DNA of 21,357 nucleotides from Octopus sinensis (GCF_006345805.1 NW_021823721.1:1-21357), one strand, 5' to 3'; shown: positions 1-11,721, counted from the first letter of the stretch. Made by a program: numbers and translations. Notes: generated by a model from the sequence alone, not told the origin.

Positions 1-111
1 CATAGAATAATAATAATAATAATGAATGATAAAATAATAATCATAATAATAATATAATAATAATAATAATAATGATAATGATATAATAATGAAATAATAA
101 TGATAATATAT
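1..111. repeat. Degenerate (AAT)n/(GAT)n microsatellite
   Basis: Runs of aataat and gatgat are directly visible. Confidence 0.9.
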
Positions 112-120
112 GTTCTTTTA

Positions 121-290
121 TTTTTTCACTTGTTTCAATCATTTGACTGCGGCCAAACAAATCGACCCTCGGGTATATTCTTTGTAAGCCTAGTACTTAT
201 TCTATCGGTCCGATTTGCCGAACCGCAAATGTTACGGTGACGTAAACACACCAACATCGGTTGTCAAGCGATGGTGGGGGAGAAACACAC
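121..290 (-). mobile_element. SINE family A, 3' half with an internal deletion
   Basis: Reverse complement of 3850-4030 (cagtcaaatgactgaaacaag, gatagaataagtactaggcttacaaagaat, cttgacaaccgatg). It runs into (CA)n at about 284-347. Confidence 0.85.
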
Positions 291-390
291 ACACACACAA
301 ATACACACATGCACGCGCACACACACATACACACACACATACACATACTTCTGAGGAAGTGTATCTCCGTGTAGTCCTATGTAAATACTT

Positions 391-609
391 ATTTCTTTAC
401 AACCCTCAAGGGGCTAAACACAGAGAGGACAAACAAGGACAGACAAACGGATTAAGTCGAATATATCGACCCTAGTGCGTAACTGGTACTTATTTAATCG
501 ACCGCGAAAGGATGAAAGGCAAAGTCGACCTCGGCGGAATTTGAACTCAGAACGTAGCGACAGACGAAATACTGCTGAGCATTTCGCCCAACGTGCTAAC
601 GTTTCTGCC
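391..609 (-). mobile_element. SINE family B, near full length
   Basis: Reverse complement of the 12413-12644 and 10491-10725 copies (gttctgagttcaaattccgccgaggtcgactttgcc ... gtaaagaaat). Confidence 0.9.
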
Positions 610-633
610 ATAAGTCTGTGTCTATGAAATACA

Positions 634-658
634 CACACATATATCTATATATATATAT

Positions 659-751
<93 letters not shown>

Positions 752-770
752 CGCGTGTGTGTGCGTGCGT
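634..770. repeat. (TA)n followed by a long (TG)n microsatellite
   Basis: Directly visible; it explains ORFs 618-809 and 645-878. Confidence 0.95.
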
Positions 771-1102
771 GTCACTATGCGTTTTGTATTTATTTGTGAT
801 TGTGTATAAATAAGGGGTGTTAGGACATGCGAAGCGAAGTGTTAAATATGGCGCGATCGGGAGAAAAATGTTCGGCAATTGGAGTTAATAGTTTGAAGAA
901 GGATGAAGAAGGAGTTTTAAGAGCAATAAATGGCAGCAATACTTAGAGAGTAGCATATAGAAAAGTGAAGAAGAAGCAAAGACAAGGCGAAAACGAGACA
1001 AGATAAGAAATAAAACAGTTTTTTCACACACGTAAATAAAATATATGTGTGGCTTTCTGTGTGTGCGCGTGAGTGAGAGTGTGAAATAAGTTTGTGTGCG
1101 TG

Positions 1103-1106
1103 TCTA

Positions 1107-1157
<51 letters not shown>

Positions 1158-1181
1158 TATTATATATATATATATAATATA

Positions 1182-1212
<31 letters not shown>

Positions 1213-1620
1213 CATATATATATATACATATATATATACATATATATCTATACATATATATATATAAACATAATACATTATGGTATATATATATATATAT
1301 ATATATATTATATTATATATATATATATGTACATATATATATGTATATATATTATATATATATATATATAAACATATATACATATATAATATTAAACATA
1401 TAACATATATTATATATATTATATATATATATACATACATACATAATATATGCATACATAAATATGTGTGTGTCTGAGTATATGTATAATGTAAGTATCT
1501 ATATCTATTAGATCACTCTCTCTCTCTATCTATATATATATATATATACATATATATTATATATATATATAGATATACTATATATATATATATATATGTT
1601 TAATATATATGTAAATTATA
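1103..1620. repeat. Interrupted (TA)n-rich microsatellite block
   Basis: Directly visible; it gives the YI-repeat ORFs. Confidence 0.95.
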
Positions 1621-2293
1621 TATGTTTGTGTGTATGTGTGTGCGTATGTGCGTGCAAATGTATGTCTGTGTGTGTGTGTAGAAGTATTCATGCACGTATC
1701 AAGATCTCACAAATACGAATGCAGAGAACAGGGCTTGAGTAGAAGAGCGAAATATTCAGCATATGACCCCCTGACTGCAATAAAGAGATATACTCTTGTA
1801 AACGAAGAAAGAATTCGATATCGAACAATTAAATGCTGATCTTTATGTTGTAGGGGCTGTTAGTGAGAAACATGCTCGTCTTCCATTCCATTCTACAGAT
1901 ATTGAAACATATTGAGAGCTTTCAAGAACGCAATTTCTGTATTTTTTCTCTCTTTTTTTCTTTTTTTTTTTCGCGTATCCTTGTTCTTAAGAATTTTTTT
2001 TTTTTTTTTGTTACTCTCTGCAGCAAATGGAAAACTCTTCATGTGTATTCCATTGCAAGAACTGAAGTGTAATTTCGGTGCCAGAGATGCGAATTGGGAA
2101 AGCAATATGCTTTGCAGACTGCTGAGAAAATAATATGGATTTCGATGCTTTCCGCTCTTTTGTGTTTCAAAAGACAAACACAACAAAAATAATCAGTGAA
2201 ACACAGTTAGCAAATTTAAGAGGCGAGAAGTATATAAAAATCACAGCAAGAAAAATTGATATGGGTTGTATCAATTATATTCATTTATTAATA

Positions 2294-2322
2294 TATCTAT
2301 TATATATATATATATATATGTA

Positions 2323-2356
<34 letters not shown>

Positions 2357-2500
2357 GATAGAGAGAGAGAGAGAGAGAGAGATAGAGAGATAGAGAGAGA
2401 GATACATACATATATATATTTATGCATACATATATATGTATATGTATATATATATATATGTATGTATATATATATAATATATATATAACATATATATATG

Positions 2501-2535
<35 letters not shown>

Positions 2536-2669
2536 TGTATGTATTGTATATATATATTTCTATATGCATATCCATTAATTTTTATCACTTGTACGCGCAG
2601 TATTTTCCTGAATTGCACATGTGGAATGCTTTCATGGAAAAGAATATTTCTACACACGCACACACACAC

Positions 2670-2711
<42 letters not shown>

Positions 2712-2745
2712 TATACACACTCACACACATGTATAAGCACACACA
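2294..2745. repeat. Compound (TA)n/(GA)n/(CA)n microsatellites
   Basis: Directly visible, with a short unique interruption at about 2560-2650. Confidence 0.9.
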
Positions 2746-2961
2746 CTCTTGTGAATGTATATATTTGTATCTGTGTTAAGTTTTATGTTATATAATTCCC
2801 TAGTCCATAAATAAACGATTGGAGCTAAGCATGCACATACACGAATATATACATTTATACATACATTATGAACATGTGTGTCTTTATGTGTGTGTATGAA
2901 TGTATGTATGTATATACGTAGGCGTAAATATTCGATTTTAGCAGTTTATAGATGATAAATG

Positions 2962-3062
2962 TTGATTTCAAGTTTTGGTACAGTGCCAGCAATTTGGATT
3001 ACATTGACCCCAGTCCTCAATTAGTTCTTATCTTATCGACCCCGAAAAGTCGAGAGGCAAAC
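2962..3062 (-). mobile_element. Older B-related SINE, 3' fragment with a different tail (aaattgctggc...ccaaaacttgaaa)
   Basis: The minus strand reads ttttcggggtcgataagataagaac...ctggggtcaatgtaatc, which is the family B middle, then a tail similar to the one at about 10390-10420. Confidence 0.6.
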
Positions 3063-3064
3063 TC

Positions 3065-3425
3065 AACGGATTAAGTCGATTATATCGACCGCAGTGCGTA
3101 ACTGGTACTTATTTAATCGACCCCGAAAGGATGAAAGGCAAAGTCGACCTCGGCGCAATTTGAACTCAGAACGTAACAGCAGATGAAATACCCTTTTCTT
3201 TACTACCCACAAGGGGCTAAACACAGAGGGGACAAACAAAGATAGACACACGGATTAAGCTGATTGTATCAACCTCAGTGCGTAACTGGTACTTAATTTA
3301 TCGACCCCGAAAGGATGAAAGGCAAAGTCGACCTCGGCGGAATTTGAACTCAGAACGTAACAGCAGACGAAATACGGCTACGCATTTCGCCCGGCGTGCT
3401 AGCATTTCTGCCAGCTGGCCGCCTT
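3065..3425 (-). mobile_element. SINE family B dimer: full unit (3425-3195) plus a second unit restarting at ggtattt (3194-3065)
   Basis: The head aggcggccagctggcagaaa is at 3425, and the gttctgagttcaaatt...ggggtcgat core occurs twice. Confidence 0.9.
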
Positions 3426-3620
3426 ATGTAGATCATAAATATTGAAGTCCCTTGCTGCAATTTCAGTAACTTAAGAGGTGGGTGGATAAGATCATTCATT
3501 GGTCATTGGCAGTACTACATGGCTTACGGGAGTACTAGTTCGTTCTATGCAATTGCTCGGCCTCATAGCAATAGCTCAAATCTCACATTACCTTCTTACA
3601 TTAAATATAATATATATATT

Positions 3621-4053
3621 AGGCGCAGGAGTGGCTGTGTGGTAAGTAGTTTGCTAACCAACCACATGGTTCCAGGTTCAGTCCCACTGCGTAGCATCTT
3701 GGGCAAGTGTCTTCTGCTATAGCCCCGGGCCGACCAATGCCTTGTGAGTGGATTTGGTAGACAGAAACTGAAAGAAGCCTGTCGTATATATGTAATTATA
3801 TATATTAATATATATATATATATTGTGTGTGTGTGTGTGTTGTGTGTTGTGTTGTCCCCTAGCATTGCTTGACAACCGATGCTGGTGTGTATACGTCCCC
3901 GTCACTTAGCGGTTCGGCAACAGAGACCGATAGAATAAGTACTGGGCTTACAAAGAATAAGTCCCGGGGTCGATTTGCTCGACTAAAGGCGGTGCTCCAG
4001 GATGGCCGCAGTCAAATGACTGAAACAAGTAAAAGAGTAAAAGAGTAAAAGAG
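3621..4053 (+). mobile_element. SINE family A, full length, tRNA-derived
   Basis: Head aggcgcaggagtggctgtgtggtaag (A-box-like), ggttcagtcc (B-box-like), cttgggcaagtg (CORE-like), an internal (TA)/(TG) tract and a (gtaaaaga)n tail. Several more copies occur in the window. Confidence 0.9.
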
Positions 4054-4371
4054 TATATTTTATATACGCTCAAAATGGAGAAATAGTTACGATTGGATTG
4101 TCTCTGATAATAGGCAAGGCCTTTAAGAGAAGAATCAACAGGTTCATAGGTTTGTTTGTCGGAAGAGCCAACCAATGGACTGTAAGTAAGTGATGGACGC
4201 TTACTTAATGATAAAAAGCAAAGCACAATTCCTTGCACCACTCGTGAATTTTACTAGGATCCCGGGCCCCGAAAGTGGCTTTTTTAGACGTTACAAATTA
4301 TTTCTCGGTGGCCTTGATCACATCTCTGCTCATTCGGATTTGACAATATTAAGCAGAAGCGAAAGATTAAC

Positions 4372-4685
4372 AATAATAACATCATCCTCACTGTCACCAT
4401 CGTCATCATCATTGCCATCTCCATTACTGTCATCACCACCACCACCATCATAACCATCACAAAAACCATCAACTACAATAAGAGCATCAACACCACACCA
4501 ACTCCACAACCATCACCACCACCACCAACTATCACTACAAACAACACCACACCCAATATCATCACCACCACCACTGTCGGCGTAGTTGTCCTCGTCGTCG
4601 TCATCATAATCACCACCACTACCACCAACAACTACTACTACTACTGCTACTACTACTACAACAAACAACAACAACAACAACAACA
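4372..4685. repeat. Compound trinucleotide low-complexity tract (CAT/CAC/ACT/AAC)
   Basis: Directly visible. Confidence 0.85.
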
Positions 4686-4774
4686 GGACCTGATACTGGG
4701 ATGGATGTCTTTAACGGAGTTGGTGTGGTGTTGATGCTCTTATTGTAGTTGATGGTTTTTGTGATGGTTATGAT

Positions 4775-4927
4775 GGGTCCGTTTATTTGTCAGGGATCCG
4801 AGTATAATGGGGGGAAAGAAAAAGAAGAAAAGTGATGGCATTTAACTGGGTTTAAGGATAATGCCATCACTTTTCTTCTTTTTCTTTCCCCCCATTATAC
4901 TCGGATCCCTGACAAATAAACGGACCC
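4775..4927. repeat. Perfect 68-bp inverted repeat with a 17-bp spacer
   Basis: 4775-4842 is the exact reverse complement of 4860-4927. Confidence 0.9.
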
Positions 4928-5215
4928 GGCACTAGTATAGCCAAACTCAAATAGGGGTAGCTCACCTCTGTGGATGGCCTTTTTTAGGGAGTATAATGCA
5001 TATGTGAAATAAGGTACTCAGAAATCTGGATCGTTTTATATTTACTGATTTTATCAAATCTGGAGAGTCTACTAGAGTAGATGCAAGCGCTAATACATGA
5101 TTTATAAAAACATGTGACATATTAATAAAAATCTGTAAATATAAAACCATCCAGATTTTTCTGATTACCTCATTTTCTTCTAATATATAATACCTATACA
5201 TCACCTCCAAACCTT

Positions 5216-5250
<35 letters not shown>

Positions 5251-5251
<1 letters not shown>

Positions 5252-5480
5252 TATATATATATATAATAAAATATTAGTGAATAAATCCAAACTTACAGGA
5301 AAAATTCAGATTTGGATTGAATCCAATTTTATAGTAAAATATTATATATATAAAATTAGAGATAAAACCACTATTAGGCAAATCATGCAATGAAAAACTT
5401 ATACATAAGATTTTACTTTTCAAAAATTCCTATTCTAAAGGGTCGAAACAAACCCGAGCAACGCCGGGCGATACTGCTAG
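5251..5480 (+). mobile_element. Non-autonomous Helitron-like element with a clear 3' end
   Basis: Hairpin CCCGAGCAACGCCGGG (5453-5468) followed by CTAG (5477-5480) and then T, the canonical Helitron 3' end. The 5' boundary is lost in (TA)n and is approximate. Confidence 0.7.
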
Positions 5481-5492
5481 TAAATATATATA

Positions 5493-5832
5493 TTTGTTTC
5501 GACCCTTTAGAATTGGAATTTTTGAAAAGTAAAAATTTTGCATTATGTAGCTTTTTATTCTCTTTAAGTGAACATTTTTCTGGCTGAAATATACCGCAAA
5601 ATGGCAGCACAGCAGTCAAAAAATCGTAAAAAATAAGGATTTTCATAGAAAAAAGCACCTTTTTGATGTTAATAATTTTTGGTGTTAACATGGTCCGGAA
5701 TGAAGAGCAAGCCTTCTTCTATCATACTCTCAATTTTGGTCAACTTGCGCCGCAGGGTCTCGGAGGAGATAGTGTTAGTTGAAGACTACCAAACCTGCCA
5801 TACACAGACAGCTTCAGCTTTATATATATAGA
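5493..5832 (-). mobile_element. Non-autonomous Helitron-like element with an intact 5' end and no 3' hairpin or CTAG
   Basis: The minus strand starts A|TCTATATATATAAAGCTGAAG (5' TC after A). Its last 42 nt match the subterminal region of the 5251-5480 element at 41/42. Confidence 0.65.
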
Positions 5833-5833
5833 T

Positions 5834-6346
5834 ATATATCAAAATATTTATATATATGTATATGTGTGTGTGTGTGTGTGTGCGTGTGTATATATATATA
5901 TATATATATAAGTACACACACACACACACCCACACACACTCACACAGCTTTTAGCCCCATATACTTGCTTCTTTATAGTCTACGGATGCTACCACCACCG
6001 ACAATACCATCACCGCCATCACCACCAAAACCATCACCATTGAGCGGAATAATAACCCTACACAACTGTTGCTTTTTCCTTTTTACTTTTTTTTTCTCCA
6101 GTAATTTTTTTATTTCTTTATTTCTTTATTTTATTTGTTTGTTTATATTGGTTATTGTGTTAATGACTATTAAATATTCTGATTAATGTCAATCAAATAT
6201 AGCTCTTATTATTATTTAGGATAATGTCTCATTACGTTTACAAATTACATATTTATCGTGCGTGTCAATGTGTGTGTGTGAGGTGTGTGGCTATGTATAT
6301 ATATATATATATATAGATATATATATATATAATATATATATGCATA

Positions 6347-6402
<56 letters not shown>

Positions 6403-6436
6403 GCATATTATGTATATATATATATATATATTTATT

Positions 6437-6476
<40 letters not shown>

Positions 6477-6958
6477 TATATGTATGTATGTAGTATGTAT
6501 GTGTGAGTATATATATATAAGCATGTATGTATGTATGTATGTATGTGTGAATATATATATATATGTATTATATTTATACATACATATATAATATATATTA
6601 TATATATATATATAATACAGAGAGAGAGTGTGTGTGAGAAAGAGAAAGAGAGAGAGAGGAAGAAAGAGGGAGAAAGAGAGAGAGAGAGAAAGATAGAGAA
6701 ATATTTACATATATAATGTGTGTATGTATGTGTGTGTGTGCGTGTGTGTGTGTGTGTGTGTGCGTGTGTGTGTGTGTGTATGCGTACGAGAGACTGGGGT
6801 ACTGTTCGTTTCATTAATATACTTATTGCCGGTTAAGAGAAAGATAAAAAGCAAAGCATACAGAAAAAAAAAACAACAAAAACATATTACTTCCCACTGC
6901 GGGCGAAAGATGTTTCCTCGTTAATTAAGTATCTGATGATACACACAGACATATATAG

Positions 6959-7018
<60 letters not shown>
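5834..7018. repeat. Series of (TA)n, (TG)n, (CA)n, (GA)n and (TATG)n microsatellites with short unique spacers
   Basis: Main blocks are at about 5834-5945, 6265-6785 and 6961-7018. Confidence 0.85.
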
Positions 7019-7020
<2 letters not shown>

Positions 7021-7138
7021 GTGTAATGAACAATGAAACGAAATTAACAATCTTCCATGCATAATTTTATTTGTACGGAAAGAGATGATGTTATTCAATG
7101 GCTTCCAGCTTTCCAGCGCGAAAATGTCTGACGCACAA

Positions 7139-7146
7139 ATCTATCC

Positions 7147-7229
<83 letters not shown>

Positions 7230-7242
7230 CATCCATCCATCC

Positions 7243-7308
<66 letters not shown>

Positions 7309-7911
7309 GCATGCATGCATGCATGCATGTATGTATGTATGTATGTATGTATGTATGTATGTATGTATGTATGCATGCATGCAAGTATGTATGTACGTAC
7401 GTACGTACGTACGTATGTATATATGTATGTATGTACGTACGTATGTATGTATGTACGCATTTATGTACGTATGTATGTATGTATGTATGTACGTACGTAT
7501 GTATGTATGTACGTACGTACTATGTATGTATGTATGTATGTATGTATGTATGTATGTATGTATGTATGTATGTATGTATATACTTACGTACGTATGTATG
7601 TATGTATGTATGTATGTACGTATGTATATATGTATGTATGTACGCATGTATGTACGTATGTATATATGTATGTATGTACGTACGTACGTACGTATGTATG
7701 GATGTATGGATGTATGTACGTACGTACGTACGTATGTATGTATGTATGTATGTATGTATGTATCTATGTATGTATGTATGTACGTACGTATGCATGTATG
7801 TATCTATGTATGTATGTATGTATGTATGTATCACTCTCTTCCTGTTTGCTTGTCTGTCTGTCATTGTGTGTATTTGTCTCACAATCCATCCCTCCATCCA
7901 TCCATCCATCC

Positions 7912-7963
<52 letters not shown>

Positions 7964-7970
7964 GTCTGTC

Positions 7971-8050
<80 letters not shown>

Positions 8051-8070
8051 GTCATTCTCTCTGTCTATCT
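7139..8070. repeat. Compound tetranucleotide array (TCTA/TCCA, TGCA/TGTA/CGTA, TCCA/TCTA)
   Basis: Directly visible; it explains the 346, 362 and 275 aa ORFs. Confidence 0.95.
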
Positions 8071-8239
8071 ATGTGCGTGTGTGTCTATTATGCGTGTCTG
8101 CTGGAAGATTTGTTTTTGTCAATAAAAAGACTTCTTTATTAATGGATTTCTCAGTCTTTCGTTACACATCTGTGACCTTTCAATGAGTTTCGTATAATGG
8201 CCTAATTTTTCCTTTTCCTCATTTGTTATTTTATATATA

Positions 8240-8628
8240 GGAGGTGCAATGGCCCAGTGGTTAGGGCAGCGGACTCGCGGTCGTAGGATCGCGGTTTCGA
8301 TTCCCAGACCGGGCGTTGTGAGTGTTTATTGAGCGAAAACACCTAAAGTTCTACGAGGCTCCGGCAGGGGATGGTGGTGATCCCTGCTGTACTCTTTCAC
8401 CACAACTTTCTCTCACTCTTTCTTCCTGTTTCTGTTGTACCTGTATTTCAAAAGGCGGCCTTGTCACTCTCTGTGTCACGCTGAATATCCCCGAGAACTA
8501 CGTTAAGGGTACACGTGTCTGTGGAGTGCTCAGCCACTTACACGTTAATTTCACGAGCAGGCTGTTCCGTTGATCGGATCAACCGGAACCCTCGTCGTCG
8601 TAACCGACGGAGTGCTTCCATCCATCCA
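8240..8628 (+). mobile_element. SINE family C, full length, tRNA-derived
   Basis: A-box TGGCCCAGTGG (8250-8260), B-box-like GGTTTCGATTCCC (about 8292-8304), a GC-richer body and a (TCCA)n tail at 8617-8628. Single copy in the window. Confidence 0.8.
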
Positions 8629-8950
8629 TTCTATATATTAATTGTGGTGAGTCTATGTATGAGTTTGTGACTGTTGTCATGTTATTGTGTAGTTTATAAA
8701 GTTGCCTCTGTGTGTGTATAGAGGGGGCACACGCTTTCGCGTTTTGTTACATTTTTATATTTTGTTTTCATTTTTTATTCGTCTTTTGCACCTTTCGATT
8801 GCTATGGTTTTATTATATACTAGTAATAGATAAATGGTTCTGTGTGAGGCCATGTGTGGTTCTGGATGAGGTTGTTATAATGTTCAATTTATATACTGCT
8901 TTATTGTGCTTGTGGTACAATATTGAGTAACATATCGGTTCTTATTGATT

Positions 8951-9224
8951 CAGTAATCCCTCGACTATCGCAGGTGTTACGTTCCAAAATCACCCGCGAT
9001 AGGTGAAAATCCGCGAAGTAGAAACAATCCTGTATATTTTTAAAAATTATTTTTATAATTTGTATACATTTATTTTATTATAAATGCAAAACAACACCAC
9101 TGAGGAATTGATGTAAGCTTAAATAATATACCGCGGTAGGGGAACGGTGATAGGTGAACAGCGATAGGTGAATCGCGATAGGTAAACCGCGATAGATGAA
9201 CCGCGATATGGCAAGGGATTACTG
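8951..9224. mobile_element. Tigger/pogo-type (Tc1/mariner superfamily) MITE
   Basis: Terminal inverted repeats CAGTAATCCCTCGACTATCGCAG and, on the other strand, CAGTAATCCCTTGCCATATCGCGG. TA flanks the right end and TT the left. Four 14-bp subterminal repeats lie at 9149-9204. Confidence 0.85.
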
Positions 9225-10244
9225 TACACCCAAAGAACTGCATGCAATGGATGAAATTCTGCGCAATCTTCTGTAGATTAGCATCAGTCTTACCACATCT
9301 GCCACCAAAACATTTTATTTTTACCTTTGACATTGCTGAACTGTGGTAGGCCGGGTATGCAGTAACAAAGGGTTTCGAATAATGCGAAAAGTTCTTCTGT
9401 CTTTTGTTATCTAGAGTTTCCTAACGATATGCCAGTATCTTGTACAGGCATCCTTCAAGTACTTTGCTTGAGTGGTTGTTCTATACATATCTTGATACGC
9501 TGGTGATAAGAGTCTATGCTCTCTTGCATGTTGTTCAATGTGCTTTTATCGAGCAACGTCTTGGAATTAATTGCATCTACATCACGAAAGTACATTACCA
9601 AAGTTATGAAACTTTGCTCTCATACGGGTATAATTGACTCTCTTCATGGCATAATTGACTCTCTCCTTATGAAGTAATAGTACACATTGAGTTAGAAAAC
9701 CATATGGGTTTGTGTGAAATGACAGAAATTGTAGAGTATCTGATTAAATATTTTCCACTCTTAGTTAAGTCCTTTGCCATTCCGAGTTCAAATCCAGCCT
9801 CACTGGACACTTGCTACCATTTAAATTCTTCCAATCCATTGGCTTTAATTATAAAGATTGTAATTGATTCAAACGCTAACAAATTCCAGCCTTTAGTATC
9901 GAGGTTTTGTCGATTTAAAATTCAAGATGAACTTATTTCATCTAACGTGAAAAAGAAAAACAAAATCGATTCACGATTTGAACTCAGAATTAACAGGAAG
10001 TTGACTAAATATCGATAAGAGTATTCAATAAGTTCATTTCTCATGTGGTATGTAGAATCTTAGATTTTAAATTCTGCTCAGCAAATCTTTCCAAATTCTT
10101 TCAGCGTATTCTCTATTGGGTTGTTTCGTTAAATCCCTTTACTTTCTCAATCCAAATCTCACCTAATCACGAATGACATTGAATTCAGAAGTTTACTCTA
10201 AAGATTCCTAGGCTTCTATTAATTCTCTTCCGCAAGGGATAAGC

Positions 10245-10425
10245 AAGCAGAATCGCTAGAATGTCCGGAAAATACTTTGCGTTATTTCTTCCGGCCCGCT
10301 ATCTTCCGATTTCAAATCCTTTCGAAGTCAATGTTGCATAAAATATCAGTCAGGTACCAAAGTCGATGGCAACGGCTAATTCTGTATCCTCAAAATTGCT
10401 GGCATTGTGCTTAAACCTGATAAAC
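10245..10425 (+). mobile_element. Highly degenerate B-related SINE
   Basis: Residual gcagaatcgctag, gtatttcttccgg-like, ttcaaatcc and cctcaaaattgctggcattgtgc motifs appear in the expected order. Confidence 0.5.
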
Positions 10426-10487
10426 CAATATTTGCGCTTTGTATGCTACACCTGTTCAATCCATTATTGAACGATTCATGTTCCATA

Positions 10488-10725
10488 ATAAGGCGGCGTG
10501 CTGGCAGAGACGTTAGCACGCCGGGCGAAGTGCTTCACGGTATTTCGCCCGTCGCTACGTTCTGAGTTCAAATTCCGCCGAGGTCAACTTTGCCTTTCAG
10601 CTTATCGGGGTCGATAAATTAAGTACTAGTTAAGCACTGGGGTCGATGTAATCATCGAGTTAATCCGTTTCTCTGTCCTTGTTTGTCCCATCTATGTTTA
10701 GCCCCTTGTGGGTAGTAAAGAAACA
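10488..10725 (+). mobile_element. SINE family B, full length, with a 15-bp target-site duplication
   Basis: GATTCATGTTCCATA at 10473-10487 and 10726-10740 flanks the element. Confidence 0.95.
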
Positions 10726-10904
10726 GATTCATGTTCCATATTAGATTTTCTTTAAGAAATTTTTCTTACCCTCTCACTCAACCATTTTCCATTTATGAAG
10801 AAAGGGACCTGTAGACAGACCCTCACGACTTTTTTTCACAATGCAGCTGAACTGCATCCAAGGTAAAAAGGGCATACTAATCCTAGTAATTCTAATTGTG
10901 TATT

Positions 10905-10990
10905 ATTTATTAATTAGGGAAAGATAAAAGTCAACGTTGGCACCTGCTGGATTTGAACTCCAGCCGGAGTTCTAACGTGTTTGTCAGTTC
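10905..10990 (-). mobile_element. Possible degenerate B-related SINE fragment
   Basis: gaaagataaaagtcaacgttggc...atttgaactc resembles the reverse complement of the family B core. Confidence 0.35.
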
Positions 10991-11175
10991 GTGTGTCTTT
11001 ATCTTAAACATTGATAATAATTTTGTCGCACGCTCTACCAATTCTCACGTTGATTTTGATCGCTTTATCACTATAAGGCTTCGATCATAGATCGAAACAG
11101 AATTGTTTGTACAATTGCTTATAAGGTGGTAGCATATTACTCGCTGTTGACCTTAGGACACCTGTAACTAAATAT

Positions 11176-11211
11176 GTGTGCATGTGTGCGCTCAGATATG
11201 CGCATGCGCGA

Positions 11212-11269
<58 letters not shown>

Positions 11270-11593
11270 TTGTGTGTGATTGTGTGTGCGTGTGTGTGTT
11301 TGTTTGTCTGTGTCATTGTGGGAGAGTCGGTGTGTCTGTACACACACGCACACACATACAAACACACACACATACAGACATACGTATGTATGCACGCACA
11401 CACACACACACACACATAAAAGCACATGTATATACACCCACTCACACATATTTACATATACATACACATATATACGTATCTCTGTCTCTCTCCTTTTACT
11501 ATCTCTCCCTTTCTCACTTTATATATGTGCGTATACACACACTTTATATATACGTATATATATATGTGTGTTGTGTTGTGTGTATGTTTATAT

Positions 11594-11634
<41 letters not shown>

Positions 11635-11688
11635 CATACATATATACTAACATACATGCATACATACATACATACATACATACATACA

Positions 11689-11720
<32 letters not shown>
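11176..11720. repeat. Compound (TA)/(TG)/(CA)/(CATA)n microsatellites
   Basis: Directly visible. Confidence 0.9.

Positions 11721-11721
<1 letters not shown>

Noticed and set aside
2024-2133. Strong plus-strand acceptor followed by ANGKLFMCIPLQELKCNFGARDANWESNMLCRLLRK*
   Set aside because: The pyrimidine tract is a poly-T run, there is no recognisable homology, and I cannot link it to other exons.
1024-2795. YI-, CV- and HT-rich ORFs here and in similar blocks elsewhere
   Set aside because: They are dinucleotide microsatellite translations.
4962-5210. 82-aa minus ORF with a good donor (GAG|GTGAGC near 4965) and an acceptor near 5133
   Set aside because: No recognisable protein similarity, and it lies between transposon-derived segments.
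6926-6945. Other CTGANGA matches (also near 345, 9100, 13535, 15395 and 19127)
   Set aside because: None is followed by a stem II hairpin and GAAA.
7085-8186. ORFs of 346, 362 and 275 aa
   Set aside because: They are translations of tetranucleotide repeats (IYLS, MYVC) that happen to lack stop codons.
8240-8315. tRNA gene
   Set aside because: It has A and B boxes but no complete cloverleaf, and it continues into a SINE body and tail.
9149-9204. CRISPR-like repeat array
   Set aside because: The 14-bp units are contiguous with no spacers and lie inside a eukaryotic MITE.
9454-9595. Minus frame MYFRDVDAINSKTLLDKSTLNNMQESIDSYHQRIKICIEQPLKQST*
   Set aside because: It is short, has no recognisable domain and has no supporting neighbouring exons.
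9630-9664. 14-bp direct repeat ATAATTGACTCTCT
   Set aside because: It is a small local duplication with only 7 bp between copies and no element inside.
10770-10808. Possible 39-nt minus exon VPFFINGKWLSER (CAG|...|GTAAGA)
   Set aside because: Such splice-site pairs occur by chance, and an equally plausible exon can be drawn on the plus strand.
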